A stretch of DNA of 64,000 nucleotides from Intoshia linei (taxonomy: Eukaryota > Animalia > Orthonectida): assembly GCA_001642005.1 (NCBI GenBank), contig LWCA01000049.1:3167-67166 (forward strand). The letters are read 5' to 3'. Numbering within the stretch: position 1 is the first letter of the stretch; every line of letters starts with the position of its first letter. Both the position numbers and the translations under genes were made by a program. Positions 60,001-64,000 of this stretch are shown here, piece by piece. Under the pieces are notes generated by a model that saw nothing but the letters and a program-made list of their open reading frames with translations, ran no database searches and was not told the origin of the DNA.

Positions 60001-62081
60001 GCAAAACTTTACAAAAATTCGATTAAAGAAAAGAATTCAACAATTGACAAATTAAATCAACTAATCAAAGCTAGAGATAGTGAAATTGATAGTTTATACA
60101 AAAAATTGAATAAAATCAGTAAACCCGTTAAAACTGAAAGTGATCCAGTGAAATTATCATTTTATATCGACAAATGTAATCAATTGGGTCAACAATTGGA
60201 ACAACTAAAGAGTAAACATAAAATATTTGAAAATTCTAATCGAATTAGGGATTTGAGCAGGGTAGAAGATGATATTTGTGAGGGAGTAAGCAGGTGGGAT
60301 GAAAAAAAGAAATTTATGGATCAAGTCAAAAAGTTGAAGGAAGATTTAGCATCTACAAGGATTGAAAATCAAAAACTTGAAGTTATTATATCATCAACGA
60401 AATCAACCTATCATAGAGTCAAGAAGAAATGTTCAATTTTGGAAAAAAAGTTGATGACGATCGAAAATAATGGAACAAGTAAATTTATGTCTAGTTCACA
60501 AGCTAGTAATAAAATTCAATCTTTAACACATGAAAAAAACGAACTGAATCAAATTTTGGCAGAAATGAAACGTCTCTGCGACGAAGAACACATGTCTGTC
60601 ATTTCGGAATATAGGACCCAACAGGAACGTCATAGAGAGAGGATAATGGAATTAAAATCTGAAAATGAAGCCATCCGAAACGGTGAAATGGATTTTGAAG
60701 ACAAATACGACCGGGTCGTACGTGATAGGGAGTGCCTCAAAGATGAACTTATAGAAAAAACTGATGAAAACTTGAGATTATCTTTAGAAGTCTCTCGTTT
60801 GAATTCGGATATTCCTCGATTGGAATTGAGAGCAAAGGAATTGAGTAAATATGTTGACGCATTGAAAATTGAAAATAAAAAATTACGCAAAGAGTTTGAA
60901 AAGCCAAATGAATCGGAAGCATCTGTAATAGGAATGAAGAGAATTGGTCAAAGTGGGAAAACGGCTAGAGAACTTGAAAAGACTATTGCTTCCTTGAAAA
61001 AAGTTATCGATCGACTGAAAATTGAAAATCAGCAATTAAAAGGCCATTCAACAAAGTCAATCATTGAAAATCAAAATAGAGAAATTAGTTTGCTGAAAGA
61101 TCAATTGTCTACTACTAGGGATAATATAAGTAATACATCCATAATTTCACATCATTCTGACGCAGTCTTACGTCATGAACTGGACAATTATAAATCAAAA
61201 CTGGCAAGAGAAGTGGAAATTAATCAAAAAATGGAACAAGAACTGCATCAATGTAAAAATAAAATTTCCTTGTTGGATAACGAAATATACGCCATTAACC
61301 AAAAAAATCAAATTGATTCCACATCTAGTTGTAAGGATTTGAAAGATAATTACGTTTCAAAGTACAAAGAGTTGTATCTCAATGAATTTAAGAAGAATGG
61401 AGCTAATTCTCGCATTATTCAAGACAAAATTGGGATAAATAGTGAACTTAATAGTATCATATCTGAACTAAAACATAAAATTTCCTATTTAACTATAGCT
61501 CTCGATAAGACTAAAAATAAATCGGAATCTAGCTTGGATTCCACTCAAAACAAAGCGATGGAATTACAAACGGGGATGGAGTTTAAAGGCTTAAATACGT
61601 TGAATGATAGTGCTTATCAGACCGATTTGATAAATCAAAACACTATATTGATAAATGAAAATAGAAAGGTAAATTTCAATTAATTTTGTGTTGAATTGGG
61701 CGATTCCAACGAAATAAGGCACAAATTTTTGAAATTTAAAAATTTATTATCATGGATATTAAAAAAATATATTTTTAAGGAATCGTCCATATTATTAGCG
61801 GGTGGCACCTTAAAAATTGTTGTTTTTCATTTAATTTTGTAAAAAATAATCATTTTATTAGGAACATTTATGCGACGTACATTGGAGGTGTATATTACTT
61901 GTACTAATTGTACTAACGTGTATATTGTGCAACCCTATGATCGCTCGCATTTAAAGTTTAAAGGGTCGTCTGTTTGATTTTTCTCATACTTAGTATATTT
62001 TACATAATTTAGTTACATAAAGAATTGAAAAAAATATCGAATTTAAACGCCAGTGGAAATACCAAAATGGACAATATCTGA
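48066..62081 (+). CDS. CEP290: Centrosomal/transition-zone protein CEP290, ~2,500 aa. Exons approx. 48066-48164, 48269-48406, 48949-49142, 49466-50911, 52638-52965, 55430-55491, 55529-57913, 58927-61668, 62013-62081
   Basis: N-terminus DWNLLKSVD; AENRAIFAENEARDKDSELAEA..RLRQYEAGEYGLAEAVSEIK; LEEERIKLK..IR.LA; GLTTED; IPKGVSATSSDVIARLNEQLI; W..KMENIRLEELKL.R; KDRIIAELRVRLPAS; RWDEKKK; GQSGKTARELEKTI..LKKV. Long coiled coils throughout. Confidence 0.92.
51455..51805 (-). pseudogene. hAT transposase C-terminal dimerisation-domain fragment in a CEP290 intron
   Basis: FKKLIQFYYSLNCSKTYVERVYSVTNNYWTEHKSNLSLKTLK matches the hATC pattern (S.a.vER.FS....wt..r..L). Confidence 0.65.
53750..54978. mobile_element. 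MULE/foldback-like non-autonomous element with TIRs built from TTTTTATCA(C/T)GA subrepeats
   Basis: ~53760-53880 is the reverse complement of ~54863-54965. A 9-bp direct repeat AATACACTC lies at 53741-53749 and 54979-54987. Confidence 0.75.
54320..54638. mobile_element. hAT MITE nested in the MULE-like element
   Basis: CAATGCTTTTTAACC...GGTTGAAATGCACTC, TGTGTCGC subrepeats, and a perfect TSD CTCTAATC (54312-54319, 54639-54646). Confidence 0.85.
58150..58690 (-). mobile_element. Helitron-like family copy (reverse) in a CEP290 intron
   Basis: Reverse complement closely matches 7540-8030. Confidence 0.72.
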
Positions 62082-62264
62082 TGAATTATTTGGTGTATAT
62101 GAAGTGTAATTAAACTTTTTTCAATTTTGATACTTTTAATTGACTGAATAAATAAGCGTTATGAAATAAATTTTATTTATATTTAAGTTCATTTTTATTT
62201 AAATTAATTTGTCATACTCAGCAATATATTAATTTAAAAAGTAAAAATTGTTCATTTTACAAAA

Positions 62265-63451
62265 TTAGGGATATTTTTTTAAAATGTGCCATTTGGTGAT
62301 TTCTACTCGGCCATTAGATATCATTTCATTCCAATGTTGCATTTCTAATGTTCCACTGCGTGGACCTATATTTATTTGTCCAATTTTTTCATTTCTACCT
62401 AGCAAGAAATTAAAATTAAAATATTAAAATTAAGGCACCTAATCGATCATAGTCCATCACAATAATTTCAATGGATGTTTTTCGAATTTGTTCATAGCTA
62501 TTATATTATTTTGTATTTTTAATTTTACATGCATTACGTTAGTTTAATTTCAAATTTACAATTGTATATGGGATTTAAATTTCGCATTTGTATAGGTGTT
62601 TTATATTTACAAATGCGTTTATTTTCTTGTAATAGCCAAATTTTCACATATGGATCTGGAATTTTAATTTATTAAAATACATAATAAATACATATTGAAA
62701 ATAACATGAATCATGTTTAACGCAGTGATACTCATATCCGTACCTAACTGAACGGAGAAACTAAAATCAAAAACCTATAAAAATTTCAAATGATGCGAAA
62801 TGATATATTTCCCCTGGTCCCTCTATATGGCTCTGGAATTACCGTTATGATATTGTTATTCAGATTTCATTAAATTAAATTTTTTTAAATACAAATGTAG
62901 ATGATATAAATGTATAAAAAATAAAAAAATTTGGTTTCCCTTAATATTCATAATATATCATATAAGTCGACATCTTTAAATTTTAAATATTACAAAAATA
63001 AATTTTTTGGAAGAGTTGCGTAAAAACGTTGTACTCCTGCAGGGGTAGCGTTAAAGAAATAATTATCTATATAATATGTAATGATGAGTTTATAATATTT
63101 AATTACCCGAAGAACCTGTGATGTCCTTTGATTTTAAATGTTTGCATTCGACTACATTAATTAGAATAATACCCGTTTTTGGATTATAACAAAGTGATAT
63201 TTTAATACTCCCTAATTTACCCTAAAAATCGAGTATAAAAGATATAAATGAAATTAAATGAATTTATTTAAAATATATACCTCTGACGATTTTGCACTGC
63301 TAATTTTTTTCCATAAAATTACCGTGCCAGAAATGTCAATTGATGCAAGCGGTAGTATTACTTCACCAATTACATCGTCTCTAGTAAAACGATCATAATC
63401 GTAAATTTGGAAATATAAACATCTTGAGAGTAGTTTTTGAAAGGGAAATCC
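62265..63451 (-). CDS. SYT7: Synaptotagmin-7-like, 3' part (end of C2A and all of C2B); 5' exons lie beyond the window
   Basis: GFPFQKLLSRCLYFQIYDYDRFTRDDVIGEV (C2A); SLCYNP...KSKDITGSS^DPYVKIWL...NLNPIYN...IIVMDYDRLGRNEKIG...HWNEMI...KWHIL (C2B). Stop TAA at 62267-62265. Confidence 0.85.
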
Positions 63452-63729
63452 TAAAATATTTCATATGAAACCATAATTAATTAATTAATTTTCATCAAGC
63501 CATTTATGCGAATTTTATTATTTCATTTACTGTAAGATATAAAAAAATAATAATATACTGTAATACAAAAAGATGTTATTTAATGATTATTACTAGAGAT
63601 GGATTTAAAAATAAATTTTTACTGCGTTATTAAATAATATTATTTAATATACTATGATGATAATACTACATTAATAGATAATATTTATTATAGAATAAGT
63701 ATATACAATGTATTCCAATAATGGTAGTG

Positions 63730-64000
63730 TAAGACTTAGATTCTAAGTCTTTATTAACGGAATTTTGAATTATTTATTTTTTCTTAACGAATTTGTATGA
63801 ACCAAAAATTCTGTTATTAAAAATTTTATCTCAAAAGCTCTAGAATCTAGTTTTAATGACTATCATATATATAAACTCATTTTTTTACTAATTAGAAGTC
63901 AAGTTATTACGTTTTTTATCAAATTTTTCATAGATATTGAATTAGTTGGCGTTAATTAGAAATAATTACTATCATTGCGGAAATATCATTTTTAACTTTA
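63730..64000 (-). mobile_element. Pogo-like MITE family copy (truncated by the window end)
   Basis: Reverse complement of 43540-43780 and 30970-31250, with an AAGTC.TTATTAACGGAATT terminal motif. Confidence 0.65.

Noticed and set aside
49505-60890. Numerous minus-strand ORFs rich in Ser/Phe/Leu opposite CEP290 (and similar ones opposite DHX15, WDR92, ATG7, IFT172)
   Set aside because: These are antisense shadows of biased coiled-coil or conserved coding sequence.

Overview
Very AT-rich eukaryotic (metazoan) genomic DNA with spliceosomal GT-AG introns. No prokaryotic features or CRISPR arrays are present. Intron sizes are bimodal: many are about 35-55 nt, and the rest are 0.4-2.6 kb and filled with transposon relics. 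Together with the strongly diverged proteins, this fits a compact invertebrate genome such as the orthonectid Intoshia (inference only). Gene order: DHX15/Prp43 (+, 5'-partial), WDR92/DNAAF10 (+), ATG7 (+), tRNA-Glu(TTC), METTL23-like (-), a second identical tRNA-Glu(TTC), an intronless CG11883-type 5'-nucleotidase (+), an M14B carboxypeptidase (-), a TE-rich gap, IFT172 (-) head-to-head with CEP290 (+), and synaptotagmin-7-like (-, 5'-partial). Mobile elements: an internally deleted Chapaev/Transib-type (RAG1-related) transposon with long TIRs inside a DHX15 intron, a high-copy non-autonomous Helitron-like family, many hAT MITEs with 8-bp TSDs, Tc1/mariner-pogo MITEs with TA TSDs, and a MULE-like foldback element with a 9-bp TSD, often nested. 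Best leads: (1) a hairpin-containing DHX15 intron with a competing PTC-generating 3' splice site, a candidate for autoregulation; (2) the IFT172-CEP290 divergent ciliary gene pair; (3) the RAG1-related transposon with a CACAG end; (4) a candidate C2B-truncating exon in Syt7. Exon coordinates were derived by eye.
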